Assembly (NCBI GenBank): GCA_965116485.1
Contig: OZ220692.1
Coordinates: 3,250,134 to 3,314,133 of the forward strand
DNA from: Acidimicrobiales bacterium
GTDB lineage: Bacteria; Actinomycetota; Acidimicrobiia; Acidimicrobiales; Aldehydirespiratoraceae
Direction of reading: 5' to 3'
DNA: 64,000 nt
A program made the translations under genes and the position numbers. The notes under the pieces are model-generated. The model worked only from the letters and a program-made list of their open reading frames with translations, was not told where the DNA came from and ran no database searches. Every line of letters begins with the position of its first letter. The stretch's first letter is position 1. Positions 1 through 9,001 of this stretch are shown here, one piece after another.

Positions 1-735
1 AGGAGCCGGGACCAGGTGCGTCAGGACCAAGGTCTTCACTCCGTTGCGTGCGGCGGTCTGCGCTGCCTGCTCAACGCTTGAGTGATAGTCTAGGATGTCC
101 TGCATGCGCTCTATCGGCACCAGCTTCACTAGATCGTCGCGAATGACCGTCTGAACATACGCATCAGCGTTGTCGGTCAGCTCATCGAGTCCGGCACAAG
201 GGACCGTGTCGCCTGCCAGCGCCGCCACTTTGCCTTCCCGCTCCACTCGATAGCCGACAGTGGGCTCCACAGGAGTATGAACCGTCGGGTGAACGCTCAC
301 CTGCATCGAACCGAGCTCGAACGAATCACCCGCCTGCACTTCGCTGACTTCGACCAGCGGTCCCCAGTTCAGATCATCGTGGTGGGCGATCCGGTAACCG
401 ATGTCGGGTCCGAGTGCGTCCAAAGTGCGATCGACGAAGCGCCGGGTCCCGACAGGACCCCAGATCCTCAGAGGTCTGGGTTCATTGGTCATGACCCATT
501 GGGTGGTGATCACGTCGTTCAGGGCGCACAGGTGATCGCTGTGCAGATGGGTGACGAGAACACCCGACAGCAGAACCGGCAAAGAACCAACTGCCGCCAT
601 GCGCATCACGCAACCACGTCCAGCATCGATCAAGACCTGCTCCAGACCACCTTCACCGGCCTTGATCAGCGTTGCGGGACCGGCACGATTCGGATCAGGG
701 ATAGGCGAACCGGTCCCGAGCAGAACGATCTCCAT
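1..735 (-). CDS. MBL-fold metallo-hydrolase (RNase Z / beta-lactamase-like); 3' end lies outside the window
   Basis: Absent from the ORF track because it runs off the window edge. Reverse complement from ATG at 735 reads MEIVLLGTGSPIPDPNRAGPATLIKAG...SGVLVTHLHSDHLCALND (HxHxDH zinc motif) and stays open to position 1. Confidence 0.8.
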   Translation of the reverse strand, partial: MEIVLLGTGSPIPDPNRAGPATLIKAGEGGLEQVLIDAGRGCVMRMAAVGSLPVLLSGVLVTHLHSDHLCALNDVITTQWVMTNEPRPLRIWGPVGTRRFVDRTLDALGPDIGYRIAHHDDLNWGPLVEVSEVQAGDSFELGSMQVSVHPTVHTPVEPTVGYRVEREGKVAALAGDTVPCAGLDELTDNADAYVQTVIRDDLVKLVPIERMQDILDYHSSVEQAAQTAARNGVKTLVLTHLVPAP

Positions 736-748
736 CAGACCTGTCTCC

Positions 749-3331
749 TCAGTCGCCGCCGACCGGAACCGGGTTTCGGTCTGCGGCATCGCGTTTGGAC
801 AACACTCTCAGCATCATCTCGCGGGCCACCATGGGTCCGGCGTTCTGGTTCTGGCCGGTGATGAGATCGCCGTCGACGACGACATGGTTGGCGAAGATGT
901 CTCGGCGCCGATGGGTGCTCTGGAAATCAGCACCGATGCGGCGAAGCTCTGTCTCGGGGTGTTGCGGGGTGCTGCCGATGCCTAGTTCGGCGACCTGCTT
1001 GTCGGTGACCGCGGTGAGCGAGCGGCCCTTGACCAGCGGTTCCCCCTCAGCGGTCTTGGCTTTCAACAAACCCAGCGGTCCATGGCAGACCCCGCCGATC
1101 ACCTTGTTCTGCGCCGCGGCGACGGTCACCTGCTCCCCGACCTCATCGGACGTGCCGAGGTCCCACGCAGCTCCCCAACCACCGGCGAAATACACTATGT
1201 CGTAGTCGTCCATGTCGAGGTCTCCGATGGCCAGGCTGTTGGTGACCTTCTCCTTGGCCTCGTCGTCGGCCATGAACCGGTCGTCGTGATCAGAGCGAAC
1301 GATCGGAATGAACGACTTCGGGTCGAAAGGGATGTCGCCGCCCTTGGGCGAAGCAATATCCACCTCCATCCCGGCATCAAGGAACTCGTAGTAGGGTACG
1401 GTCAGCTCCGAGCCGAACACGCCCGTGGGCTTGCCAACCTCAAGAGTCGCCTGGTTGGTAGCGACGATGAGCGCACGGTGGCCTGCCAAGTCCAGCTTGA
1501 CGGACTCAGGATCGTCGGGATGAAGGCCGGCTTTTTGAAGCAGGCGTCGCAGGCCACGCGCCGGCAACGGCGGGCGCTTGGATTTGGGACGGTCCGCTCG
1601 ACGTTGGGCGGTGGGCCATTCGGCGTTGCGGGCCGGGACCCGTTCGCGGCGGATCCGCTTCAAGTCTTCAGTCAACACTTCAAATACCTCCGCAAATTCG
1701 GGATTGTTCCATTGGTTGTGCGCTTCGGCGGGATCGTCGCTGAGACAGTAGAGCTCCCATTGGTCAGGGATCGGTTTGCTCCGATACACCGGACCGCCCG
1801 GGCTGCGCGCCGAAAGTTGCCGCTCGAAGGGTTCGGTCCAGGTGGCGGGGTCGTCGAAGGTGCGGGCCAGCTTCCACAGCTTTTTGGCGACCGTGCCGAC
1901 GATCGCCTCCACATTGGTCGCCGCATGTGACGGGACCTTGATCTGCAGCGGGTACGGAGCATCGACACGCCCCCTGACCGCCAGCATCGCCGCACTCGAA
2001 CCGTCGCCCTCCAGCATGTTGTCGCGGGTGACGAGATAGACCGAGTCGGCCGGTGCTTGCTGAGGTGCCGACAGAAGCCCGCTCAGGTCTCGCCCGGGGA
2101 GGGGGTGGACTTCTGTATGGGTTTGCGCCAACTCCGCCGCCAGCGCCTTTTCGTCAGCGCCCGCGAGTCCAAGCAGCGTTGGGAGCAGGTCAATGTGGCT
2201 GGTCGGCGTGTCGACAACCGCCGGGGCGGTGGCGTCGGGTCCCGTGCGGACGATCTGCAGCGGCACCCGAGTCGCTTCGTCGTACAGCTGATACCACTTC
2301 TGATGCAGACCTCCGTGCGACCCGAGCAGATCGCCGTGATCGGCGCTGAACACTAGGACCGTTTCAGCCTCGCTCTGATCGGTGACCGCACGGCGAACCA
2401 CATCGATCGGCCCGTCCACGTCATGATGCAATCGGTAGTAGGTCTGGCGATAGCGCTCGGCGTTGCTCTCGTATGCACGCCGTATCAGCGGCGACGGGCC
2501 GTACGCCGAGTAGTAGCCGTCGCGGTAGGCCATCTGCAGTGCGGGTTTGTCGGAGAGGTCCTCGTCGTCGGTGGGTGACGGCGGGATCGGCGGCAGCTCT
2601 GCGGGCGACGGGGCGAATTCGTTGCCACGCCGCTTGTGCACGGCCAGTATCGGCCAGAGCACGATGTCGTGGGGGTTGACGAACGAGCAGATCAACAGGA
2701 ACGGTCTGGCCGCTTGCGGGTCGCCTTCGGCTCGGCGCTCGTAGCGGTCCTGCAGCCAAGCCGCCGCCCGTTGAGCGTAGATCGGGTCACGCACATAGCC
2801 GGTGTCTGACCAATCGCCACCGTGGGGTTCTGGCCCCACCCAACCCGAGAAGCCGAATTCGTCGAGCGGGTCCGCGGCGAGGTACGCATCGACTGCTTCG
2901 GGGATCAACTCCCCGGCGGAATTGTTGGTGCGGAGACGCCGGCCATCGACGGTGAGGTCCGCGTGGCTCACGTGCCATTTGCCCACGTAGGTGGTGTCGT
3001 AGCCTGCGGCGCGCAACCAGTCACCCATCGTGGGAACCTCATCGGGCCTGAGCCAGCGCATCCGGCTGTCGGTCGCCCGTTTGCCCAGCCCGTCGGTCTG
3101 GGTGACGCCGTGTACGTCGGGATACTGGCCGGTCATCAGACTCGGACGGCTCGGGACACATGCGGTCGACGCCACATAGTGACGCCGGAAGTCCACTCCG
3201 TTCTCGGTGAACCAGCGTCGGCCGGACAGATGCTGTTCGCGCCATGCTTGAATCTCGGCTGTCTCATATGCAGGCGCCGCCCGCTCTTCGTCGGTCAGCA
3301 CTATGACGATGTCGGGTTGTCGGTCGGCCAC
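749..3331 (-). CDS. Cys-type sulfatase fused to a C-terminal DJ-1/PfpI (class I glutamine amidotransferase-like) domain
   Basis: 860-aa ORF. N-terminal part has DIVIVLTDEE and the FGly motif CVPSRPSLMTGQYPDVHG. C-terminal ~240 aa has YDIVYFAGGWGAAWDL and the nucleophile elbow GGVCHGP, ending LITGQNQNAG. Confidence 0.8.
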   Translation of the reverse strand: MADRQPDIVIVLTDEERAAPAYETAEIQAWREQHLSGRRWFTENGVDFRRHYVASTACVPSRPSLMTGQYPDVHGVTQTDGLGKRATDSRMRWLRPDEVPTMGDWLRAAGYDTTYVGKWHVSHADLTVDGRRLRTNNSAGELIPEAVDAYLAADPLDEFGFSGWVGPEPHGGDWSDTGYVRDPIYAQRAAAWLQDRYERRAEGDPQAARPFLLICSFVNPHDIVLWPILAVHKRRGNEFAPSPAELPPIPPSPTDDEDLSDKPALQMAYRDGYYSAYGPSPLIRRAYESNAERYRQTYYRLHHDVDGPIDVVRRAVTDQSEAETVLVFSADHGDLLGSHGGLHQKWYQLYDEATRVPLQIVRTGPDATAPAVVDTPTSHIDLLPTLLGLAGADEKALAAELAQTHTEVHPLPGRDLSGLLSAPQQAPADSVYLVTRDNMLEGDGSSAAMLAVRGRVDAPYPLQIKVPSHAATNVEAIVGTVAKKLWKLARTFDDPATWTEPFERQLSARSPGGPVYRSKPIPDQWELYCLSDDPAEAHNQWNNPEFAEVFEVLTEDLKRIRRERVPARNAEWPTAQRRADRPKSKRPPLPARGLRRLLQKAGLHPDDPESVKLDLAGHRALIVATNQATLEVGKPTGVFGSELTVPYYEFLDAGMEVDIASPKGGDIPFDPKSFIPIVRSDHDDRFMADDEAKEKVTNSLAIGDLDMDDYDIVYFAGGWGAAWDLGTSDEVGEQVTVAAAQNKVIGGVCHGPLGLLKAKTAEGEPLVKGRSLTAVTDKQVAELGIGSTPQHPETELRRIGADFQSTHRRRDIFANHVVVDGDLITGQNQNAGPMVAREMMLRVLSKRDAADRNPVPVGGD

Positions 3332-3334
3332 GTG

Positions 3335-3811
3335 CTAGCTCCTCCCGGTTCTGTCGGTGGCGCTTCCAGCCGAGGCGGTCCGGGTTGCTGCAAGTGCCAA
3401 ATCGCTCAGCAAGCGTTGGTTGACCGAACCCATCTGTTTGGCCAGGAGCCGGGCCGCTAGCTTCATGGGCGGTTTGGGGCCTGGTTCGACCGTGGCGGTG
3501 AGCGCCAGGCGGGTGCGGTCTCCGTCGGGTTCGAGCGTCCACTCGTTGACAACCCTGCTGACCAGGGACGGCAGACCGACGATCTCATAAGCCAGTGTTT
3601 GTTCGGGTTCCCATACGGTGACTCGTTCGAGAACGACGTTGGTTCCGACCTGGACTCTGCGCTCGGTTCCGACACCCTCGCTGCGTTGGCTCAATCGGCA
3701 ACTATGGTCGATTTCTCGGGCCCAGTCAGCGATCCGGTCGAAGTCGGACAGCACGGCCCAGACCGCCTCGGCGGGGGCCGCGACGTTCGTTTCGTTCGTG
3801 ACCTCAACCAC
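3335..3811 (-). CDS. SRPBCC family protein (polyketide cyclase/dehydrase-like)
   Basis: 158 aa. The N-terminus VAAPAEAVWAVLSDFDRIADWA is typical of SRPBCC/START-like proteins. Only 3 nt separate it from the upstream TetR gene. Confidence 0.7.
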   Translation of the reverse strand: MVEVTNETNVAAPAEAVWAVLSDFDRIADWAREIDHSCRLSQRSEGVGTERRVQVGTNVVLERVTVWEPEQTLAYEIVGLPSLVSRVVNEWTLEPDGDRTRLALTATVEPGPKPPMKLAARLLAKQMGSVNQRLLSDLALAATRTASAGSATDRTGRS

Positions 3812-3814
3812 TGC

Positions 3815-4483
3815 TCACACCTTCGCTAACACCGCAGACAGCATGGACGAGAGGATCTCAGCAGTGGTCGGTCGGTCCAGTTCCCGCACATGACGAAGCA
3901 GGTCGATGACATCGAGTGAACACATAGCAGCCAGCGCCTCGGCCACGAATTCCGCGCGGTCCGGGTCGAGACCGTCGAGCTCGTTCGCGAAATGTTGCTT
4001 CATCTGTTCAACGTTGACCGCGGCCGTCTGTTCAAGGTTTCGTGCCAGGACCGGCTCGAAAGGGGCTCTCGTCTGACCGACGCGCCACACCGACGCGGCT
4101 GCGTCGTAGAGCGTGAGCCGTTGTTCAACGAGCCGTTCCACCCGCTCGTCAAGCGGTCCGATACCGGTGTCGGGCACCACCCAGAGGTCGAATATCGCCA
4201 TGAACTGGCGTTCAACAGCGACTCGGCACAACTCGCCAAGGTCATCGAAGTAGCGAAAGACGCTGCGGTGTGACACACCCGAGCGCTCGGCCACGGCGTT
4301 GACCGAGGGCCGCAGGTCACCCTCGCGGTACAACTCCAAAATCGCGTCGACAACCCGTTCCCGGTTGCGGTCGCGGCGGGCTCGTCGACCGTCGGTGTTG
4401 TCGCCGGGCGCAGCCGGAGCCGCGGCAGCTTCAACTGTGTTGTCGCCGGGCGCAGCCGGAACCTCAGAGGTTGTACGGGTCAT
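3815..4483 (-). CDS. TetR/AcrR family transcriptional regulator
   Basis: 222 aa with the HTH region RERVVDAILELYREGDLRPSVNAVAERSGVSHRSVFRYFDDLGEL. Confidence 0.85.
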   Translation of the reverse strand: MTRTTSEVPAAPGDNTVEAAAAPAAPGDNTDGRRARRDRNRERVVDAILELYREGDLRPSVNAVAERSGVSHRSVFRYFDDLGELCRVAVERQFMAIFDLWVVPDTGIGPLDERVERLVEQRLTLYDAAASVWRVGQTRAPFEPVLARNLEQTAAVNVEQMKQHFANELDGLDPDRAEFVAEALAAMCSLDVIDLLRHVRELDRPTTAEILSSMLSAVLAKV

Positions 4484-4530
4484 AACCGATCACGATACAT
4501 CTGTCATTCATACTGCCACAACTGATCGCA

Positions 4531-4795
4531 GCCGACGGAACGGCTGACCCGCACCAAACAACCACCGAACCCAACCCAGCAACAGCCGACGAAACGGCTG
4601 ACCCGCACCAAACAACCACCGAACCCAACCCAGCAACAGCCGACGAAACGGCTGACCCGCACCGAACAACCACCGAACCCAACCCAGCAACAGCCGACGG
4701 AACGGCTGACCCGCACCAAACAACCACCGAACCCAACCCAGCAACAGCCGACGGAACGGCTGACCCGCACCGAACAATCAGCAAGCCCAAACCAC
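4531..4795. repeat. 54-bp tandem repeat, about 4.8 copies, each unit carrying a CAGCCG-N6-CGGCTG palindrome
   Basis: Unit gccgacggaacggctgacccgcaccaaacaaccaccgaacccaacccagcaaca starts at 4531, 4585, 4639, 4693 and 4747 (the last copy degenerates). Only two polymorphic positions occur per unit. Confidence 0.95.
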
Positions 4796-4828
4796 CGCCA
4801 ACTGGTTCAACATATGCTGTAGCGGCTA

Positions 4829-5296
4829 TTGCTCCACCTCCATCTGCTGCATCTGAGAACAGGAAACAACTTCATCATGAAAAACAACGCCACCGCGGAG
4901 GCGATCGTGGACGGCTGGTTGCGCACCGGAGACGTCGCCATCACCGATGCCGACGGGTTCGTCTACATCCAGGACCGGATCAAGGACATGATCATCTCCG
5001 GCGGCGAGAACGTGTATCCCGCGGAGATCGAGAACGTGCTGATGGCAATGGACGGGGTCGCCGATGCCGCGGTCATCGGTATCGCCAGCGAGAAGTGGGG
5101 TGAGTCGCCCCTGGCGGTGATCGTGCGCGCAAGCGAGGACGTCACAGCCGAGGCAGTGCTCGCCCATTGCGACGGCAGGCTTGCCCGCTTCAAGATGCCC
5201 AAGGCCGTTGAGTTCACCGACGTCATCCCCCGCAACCCCACCGGAAAGGTGCTCAAGAGGGTGTTGCGCGAGCAGTACGACACGGAGTCGGCATGA
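4829..5296 (+). pseudogene. Orphan 3' fragment (C-terminal ~140 aa) of an AMP-dependent acyl-CoA synthetase/ligase
   Basis: DGWLRTGDVAITDADGFVYIQDRIKDMIISGGENVYPAEIE...KMPKAVEFTDVIPRNPTGKVLKRVLRE is the C-terminal subdomain only. The ~350-aa N-terminal adenylation domain is absent; the tandem array sits upstream instead. Confidence 0.8.
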
Positions 5297-6078
5297 CCGG
5301 CAGACTCGCCGGACATGTGGCTGTCATCACCGGCGGTGGTGGCGGCATCGGCGAGGCCTACTGCCGTCGCTTCGTCGCGGAAGGCGCCAAAGTCGCCGTC
5401 GTCGACATAGGCCGTGAGCAGGGAACTCGTGTCGCAGAATCACTCGGTGGCGACGCCATATTCGTCGCCGCCGACATCAGCGACGAGGCTTCGGTTGATG
5501 CCTGCCGCGACACCGTTCTCGACGCTTTCGGAACCGTCGACGTGCTGGTCAACAACGCCGCTGTCTACGGTGATCTGGACCTCTCGGACAACTCGGTCGC
5601 CTATCTGCGCCACGTCTACGACGTCAACGTGATCGGACAATGGTTGATGGCTAGGGCGTTCGCCCCCACGATGGTTCAGAAGGGTCGTGGGAGGATCATC
5701 AACATCGGCTCGATCGCCGGATATCTGCCTCTGGGTGCTCTGGGACCACCCGGGGATCCACAAACCTGGTCGCTGGGCTCGTATGCCTATCAGCAAACGA
5801 AGTTCGCTGTGCTGGGCCTGACCCGACAGCTCGCCGGAGAGCTGGGGAAATACGGGGTCACCGCCAACACCATCGCCCCGGGCCTGGTCATGACACCGGC
5901 GACCGACAAGCAGGTGCCGGCAGGTTTCGACCAGGTCTTCGCAGACATGTCCGCGGCCAAGCGCAACTCACAGGTCGAGGACATGTGCGGCCCGGTGTTG
6001 TTCCTGGCCGGCGACGACAGCGCGATGGTCAACGGCCAGGTCATCTGCGTCGACGGCGGCAACGTGATGCCCGCGTGA
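5293..6078 (+). CDS. SDR family oxidoreductase
   Basis: 261 aa with VAVITGGGGGIGEAY (TGxxxGxG) and NNAAV motifs. Its ATG overlaps the upstream stop (ATGA). Confidence 0.9.
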   Translation: MTGRLAGHVAVITGGGGGIGEAYCRRFVAEGAKVAVVDIGREQGTRVAESLGGDAIFVAADISDEASVDACRDTVLDAFGTVDVLVNNAAVYGDLDLSDNSVAYLRHVYDVNVIGQWLMARAFAPTMVQKGRGRIINIGSIAGYLPLGALGPPGDPQTWSLGSYAYQQTKFAVLGLTRQLAGELGKYGVTANTIAPGLVMTPATDKQVPAGFDQVFADMSAAKRNSQVEDMCGPVLFLAGDDSAMVNGQVICVDGGNVMPA

Positions 6079-6079
6079 G

Positions 6080-7189
6080 TTGAGCAATGCGATGACCAAG
6101 GCACTGGTTGTGGGCGGAACGGGTCCGACCGGTCCGCTGATCGTGGCAGGGCTCGAAGGCCGAGGCCACGACGTGACCATCTGCCACACCGGCACTCACG
6201 AAGTCGACGAGGTGCTGCATCTGCCGCACATTCACTGCGACGTACGCGACCATGACTCGCTGAGCGCCGCCATCGGAGCCCAGGACTGGGATCTCGCGGT
6301 GATCACCTACGGGCGCCTGCGGACCATCGCCGAAGTGCTCAGAGGACGTGTCGGACATTTCGTCTCCATCGGGGGCGGACCGGCACTGCGGGGCTACTTC
6401 GATCCGCACGCTTTCGACCCGCCCGGACTCCCGCTGCCGACCCCCGAAGACGCCCCCACGAGCAGCGAGGACGAAGACGGCAAGTCTTATCGGGTGGCAA
6501 GGACCGAACAGTACGTGTTCGAATGCCACCCGACCGCCACGCATTTCCGCTACCCCTACGTGTACGGGCCCCGCCAGCTCGTCCCCCGGGAATGGTGCGT
6601 CGTGAGGCGGATCCTCGACGGACGCCGCCAGATCGTGCTGGCCGACGGCGGGCAGTCGGCCCACAGCTTCGGATACGTCGACAACCTCGCGCATGCGGTT
6701 CACCTGGCGGTGGATCAGCCGGATCTCGCTGCCGGCCGGATCTTCCACGCAGCTGACGAGGAGGCCCTCACCGTTCGTCAAGTCGTGGAGATCTGCGCCA
6801 CCGCCTTGGGGGCGGAACTGGAGATTGTTTCGATGCCCGCGGAGCTGGCCGTTCCGGCCAGACCGCTGATGATGGGGCCTTCGACTCACCATCGGGTGTT
6901 CGACACCAGCGCCCTGCGCCACGTGCTCGGCTACCGAGACGTCGTGAACGCGCGGGAGGCCGTGGCCCGAACCGCTCGATGGCTGGCCGAGAATCCGCAT
7001 CCCCCGGGCGGCCTGATCGAACGGGTGCTCGAGGATCCTTTCGACTACGAGAACGAGGATCGGCTGATCGCCTGGTGGCGATCGGCAGTCGCTTCGCCGC
7101 CCGATCTGGTGTGGCAAACTCCGCCCGGTTACGGACTCAGCTACTCCGGTCCCGATGCCAGCTACCGACGCCCCGACACCCGCATCTAG
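6080..7189 (+). CDS. NAD(P)-dependent epimerase/dehydratase family protein
   Basis: 369 aa with an N-terminal Rossmann motif KALVVGGTGPTGPLIVAGLEGRGHDV. Confidence 0.75.
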   Translation: MSNAMTKALVVGGTGPTGPLIVAGLEGRGHDVTICHTGTHEVDEVLHLPHIHCDVRDHDSLSAAIGAQDWDLAVITYGRLRTIAEVLRGRVGHFVSIGGGPALRGYFDPHAFDPPGLPLPTPEDAPTSSEDEDGKSYRVARTEQYVFECHPTATHFRYPYVYGPRQLVPREWCVVRRILDGRRQIVLADGGQSAHSFGYVDNLAHAVHLAVDQPDLAAGRIFHAADEEALTVRQVVEICATALGAELEIVSMPAELAVPARPLMMGPSTHHRVFDTSALRHVLGYRDVVNAREAVARTARWLAENPHPPGGLIERVLEDPFDYENEDRLIAWWRSAVASPPDLVWQTPPGYGLSYSGPDASYRRPDTRI

Positions 7190-7198
7190 ATTCAACCC

Positions 7199-7711
7199 AT
7201 GAAGTCGCAGCACGGCACAGGGCCACGCTTAGATCTGCTGATCGGCGATATCACCGCGGAAGACGTCGACGCCATCGTCAATGCGGCCAACTCGTCTCTG
7301 CTGGGGGGCGGCGGCGTCGACGGCGCGATCCATCGAGCAGCAGGTCCCGAACTGGTCGAACACTGCCGAACACTCGGGGGCTGCGAGACCGGACAAGCCA
7401 AGATCACACCCGGGTTCAAGCTCGGGGCCCGCTGGGTGATTCACACGGTCGGTCCGGTGTGGCACGGCGGCACCAGGGGCGAACCGGAACTTCTTGCTTC
7501 GTGCTATCGGGAGTCGTTGGCCCGTGCCGATGAGGTGGGCGCCGCGTCCGTTGCCTTTCCGGCGATTTCCACCGGTGTGTACGGCTACCCGATCACCGCA
7601 GCGGCTGCAGTAGCTGTCGACACGCTCCGCTCCACCCCCACGAAGGTGGCAGAAGTGCGGCTGGTCGCATTCAACCAACAGACATCAGACGCCTACCGCG
7701 AACTCCTCTAG
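7199..7711 (+). CDS. Macro-domain protein (O-acetyl-ADP-ribose deacetylase, YmdB-like)
   Basis: 170 aa with [37 protein letters not shown] and [13 protein letters not shown]. Confidence 0.85.
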   Translation: MKSQHGTGPRLDLLIGDITAEDVDAIVNAANSSLLGGGGVDGAIHRAAGPELVEHCRTLGGCETGQAKITPGFKLGARWVIHTVGPVWHGGTRGEPELLASCYRESLARADEVGAASVAFPAISTGVYGYPITAAAAVAVDTLRSTPTKVAEVRLVAFNQQTSDAYRELL

Positions 7712-7838
7712 TCCTGCAGCGCCCGGCCGGCCGGTCACCTTTGGTGCCCGGCGGATGGGTTGTCTGAATATCATTTTAGATTGTTTGATAGTCTTTCACT
7801 CAGTGGCGGCGCAGTTCCAGAGACGATCTAGGCATCCA

Positions 7839-8039
7839 GTGAAGGACTTTGAAGCGCTCTTGCGCGCCGCCGAAAAGCAAGGTTGGCGGGTCAAACGAGG
7901 CAAGGGCTACTTCCGGGCTCTGTGCCCAGAATCCTGCGAGTGTTCACTTTCTATCGTGCTAACGCCGTCAAGCTCACGTACTCTGGTGAGCACGCGCAAG
8001 CGATTCGAGCGATGCAGCGGATGGCACAGGGAGGGATGA
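7839..8039 (+). CDS. Small Cys-rich hypothetical protein (HicA-sized; function unknown)
   Basis: In-frame GTG at 7839 within ORF 7755..8039 gives VKDFEALLRAAEKQGWRVKRGKGYFRALCPESCEC.... The stop overlaps the next ATG (ATGA at 8036-8039). The region is lower in GC. The start codon is uncertain. Confidence 0.35.
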   Translation: MKDFEALLRAAEKQGWRVKRGKGYFRALCPESCECSLSIVLTPSSSRTLVSTRKRFERCSGWHREG

Positions 8040-8467
8040 AAGTGGAAGGCACTCATCTTGAGGTGAGCTACAAAGCAACTCTCGCCGCTGTCGACAACGA
8101 CGTTGAGCGAAAGCTGACGAGCCAGGAGTTCTCAGCTGCGTTCGAGCGGATGGCTGACAAACTCCACGGGACCGACGGCTTGGTCGATCCGAGTCTGTGG
8201 GGCCAAGCCTCGAACGGCAAGATCGAAATCAACTTCTACTTGATCAACTCAGGCGACACAGAGCAGTTGACCGCTCGTGTCATGTCTGCCATAGCAAAGG
8301 TAGCCGCGGCTGGGGGTGTTGACATGGATCGATTCGGAGACCTCGCCGAGCACTGCCAAAGGGCGACTGCCAACGAGACGCCTCTCATTGCCAACCGCTC
8401 CGAGGACTATCCCTGCCTCGTGCTCAGTGGGGCGCAAGCGCGATCTTCACCACCTCAGCCTCATTGA
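8036..8467 (+). CDS. Hypothetical protein, translationally coupled to the preceding small ORF
   Basis: ATG at 8036 is preceded by GGGAGGG and is in frame with track ORF 7883..8467 (MKVEGTHLEVSYKATLAAVDND...). I recognise no domain. Confidence 0.45.
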   Translation: MKVEGTHLEVSYKATLAAVDNDVERKLTSQEFSAAFERMADKLHGTDGLVDPSLWGQASNGKIEINFYLINSGDTEQLTARVMSAIAKVAAAGGVDMDRFGDLAEHCQRATANETPLIANRSEDYPCLVLSGAQARSSPPQPH

Positions 8468-8755
8468 GTCCTGTCACTGCAATTCTCGTTGTTCGACGCC
8501 ATGTTGCTCCATAGCAGGGCGCATCGTTCAGGCTAGACGGCATGTGATGCGTTGCTATTGGACTAGGACTTGCTATGTGGTACCGGAGTGTAACTGTTCG
8601 GTGATTTTGTCTACTTGTCACCGTGCAGTGATATCATTCAGATTTCACCGTACGGTTGCACAAACTGGAGTGAAGGCATGCCTGAGCCGCTGGAAATCAG
8701 ATCCGTTGGCACATCAGATGGGCCGGTCCTGCGCCATGTTCATCGTTGCGACCTG

Positions 8756-9001
8756 ATGGGCGGCGCGATCAAGTCACTCCGCAACGCGCGCAGCCTGACC
8801 CAAGCCCAACTGGCAGCAAAGGCCGGGGTGTCCCGCAAGTGGCTTTCCGAGTTCGAGAACGGCAAGGACACGGTCGAGTTGGGGCTGTTCCTCAGATTGC
8901 TCAAGGGTCTCGACTATCGGATCGAACTGCATCCTTCGGCACCGGAGTTCGACCTCGATGCGTACCTCGACAGGTTCCGTCTCAGCGAGGATGTTCCTTG
9001 A
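8756..9001 (+). CDS. hipB: XRE-family HTH antitoxin (HipB-like)
   Basis: MGGAIKSLRNARSLTQAQLAAKAGVSRKWLSEFENGKDTVELGLFLRLLKGL. Its stop overlaps the hipA start. Confidence 0.75.
   Translation: MGGAIKSLRNARSLTQAQLAAKAGVSRKWLSEFENGKDTVELGLFLRLLKGLDYRIELHPSAPEFDLDAYLDRFRLSEDVP

Noticed and set aside
277-985. Plus-strand ORFs 277..861 and 551..985.
   Set aside because: They are antisense to the MBL-fold hydrolase (HLHSDH motif on the minus strand) and to the sulfatase C-terminus. They are shadow ORFs.
4464-4790. Three overlapping minus-strand ORFs (88-108 aa) with repetitive peptide sequence; the regular repeats could also be mistaken for a CRISPR array.
   Set aside because: All three frames are open only because the 54-bp unit equals 18 codons. 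The peptides are low-complexity and mutually exclusive. The repeats are contiguous with no unique spacers, so this is not a CRISPR array.
6041-7213. 390-aa ORF on the minus strand.
   Set aside because: It is fully antisense to the well-supported epimerase/dehydratase gene (6080..7189) and has an Arg/Gly/Pro-rich composition typical of high-GC shadow ORFs.
8746-8997. 5' extension of the hipA ORF (519 aa in the track).
   Set aside because: It overlaps the HipB-like HTH gene in another frame. HipA homology begins at about LRLDVLLSGR, so TTG 8998 or GTG 9010 is the realistic start.
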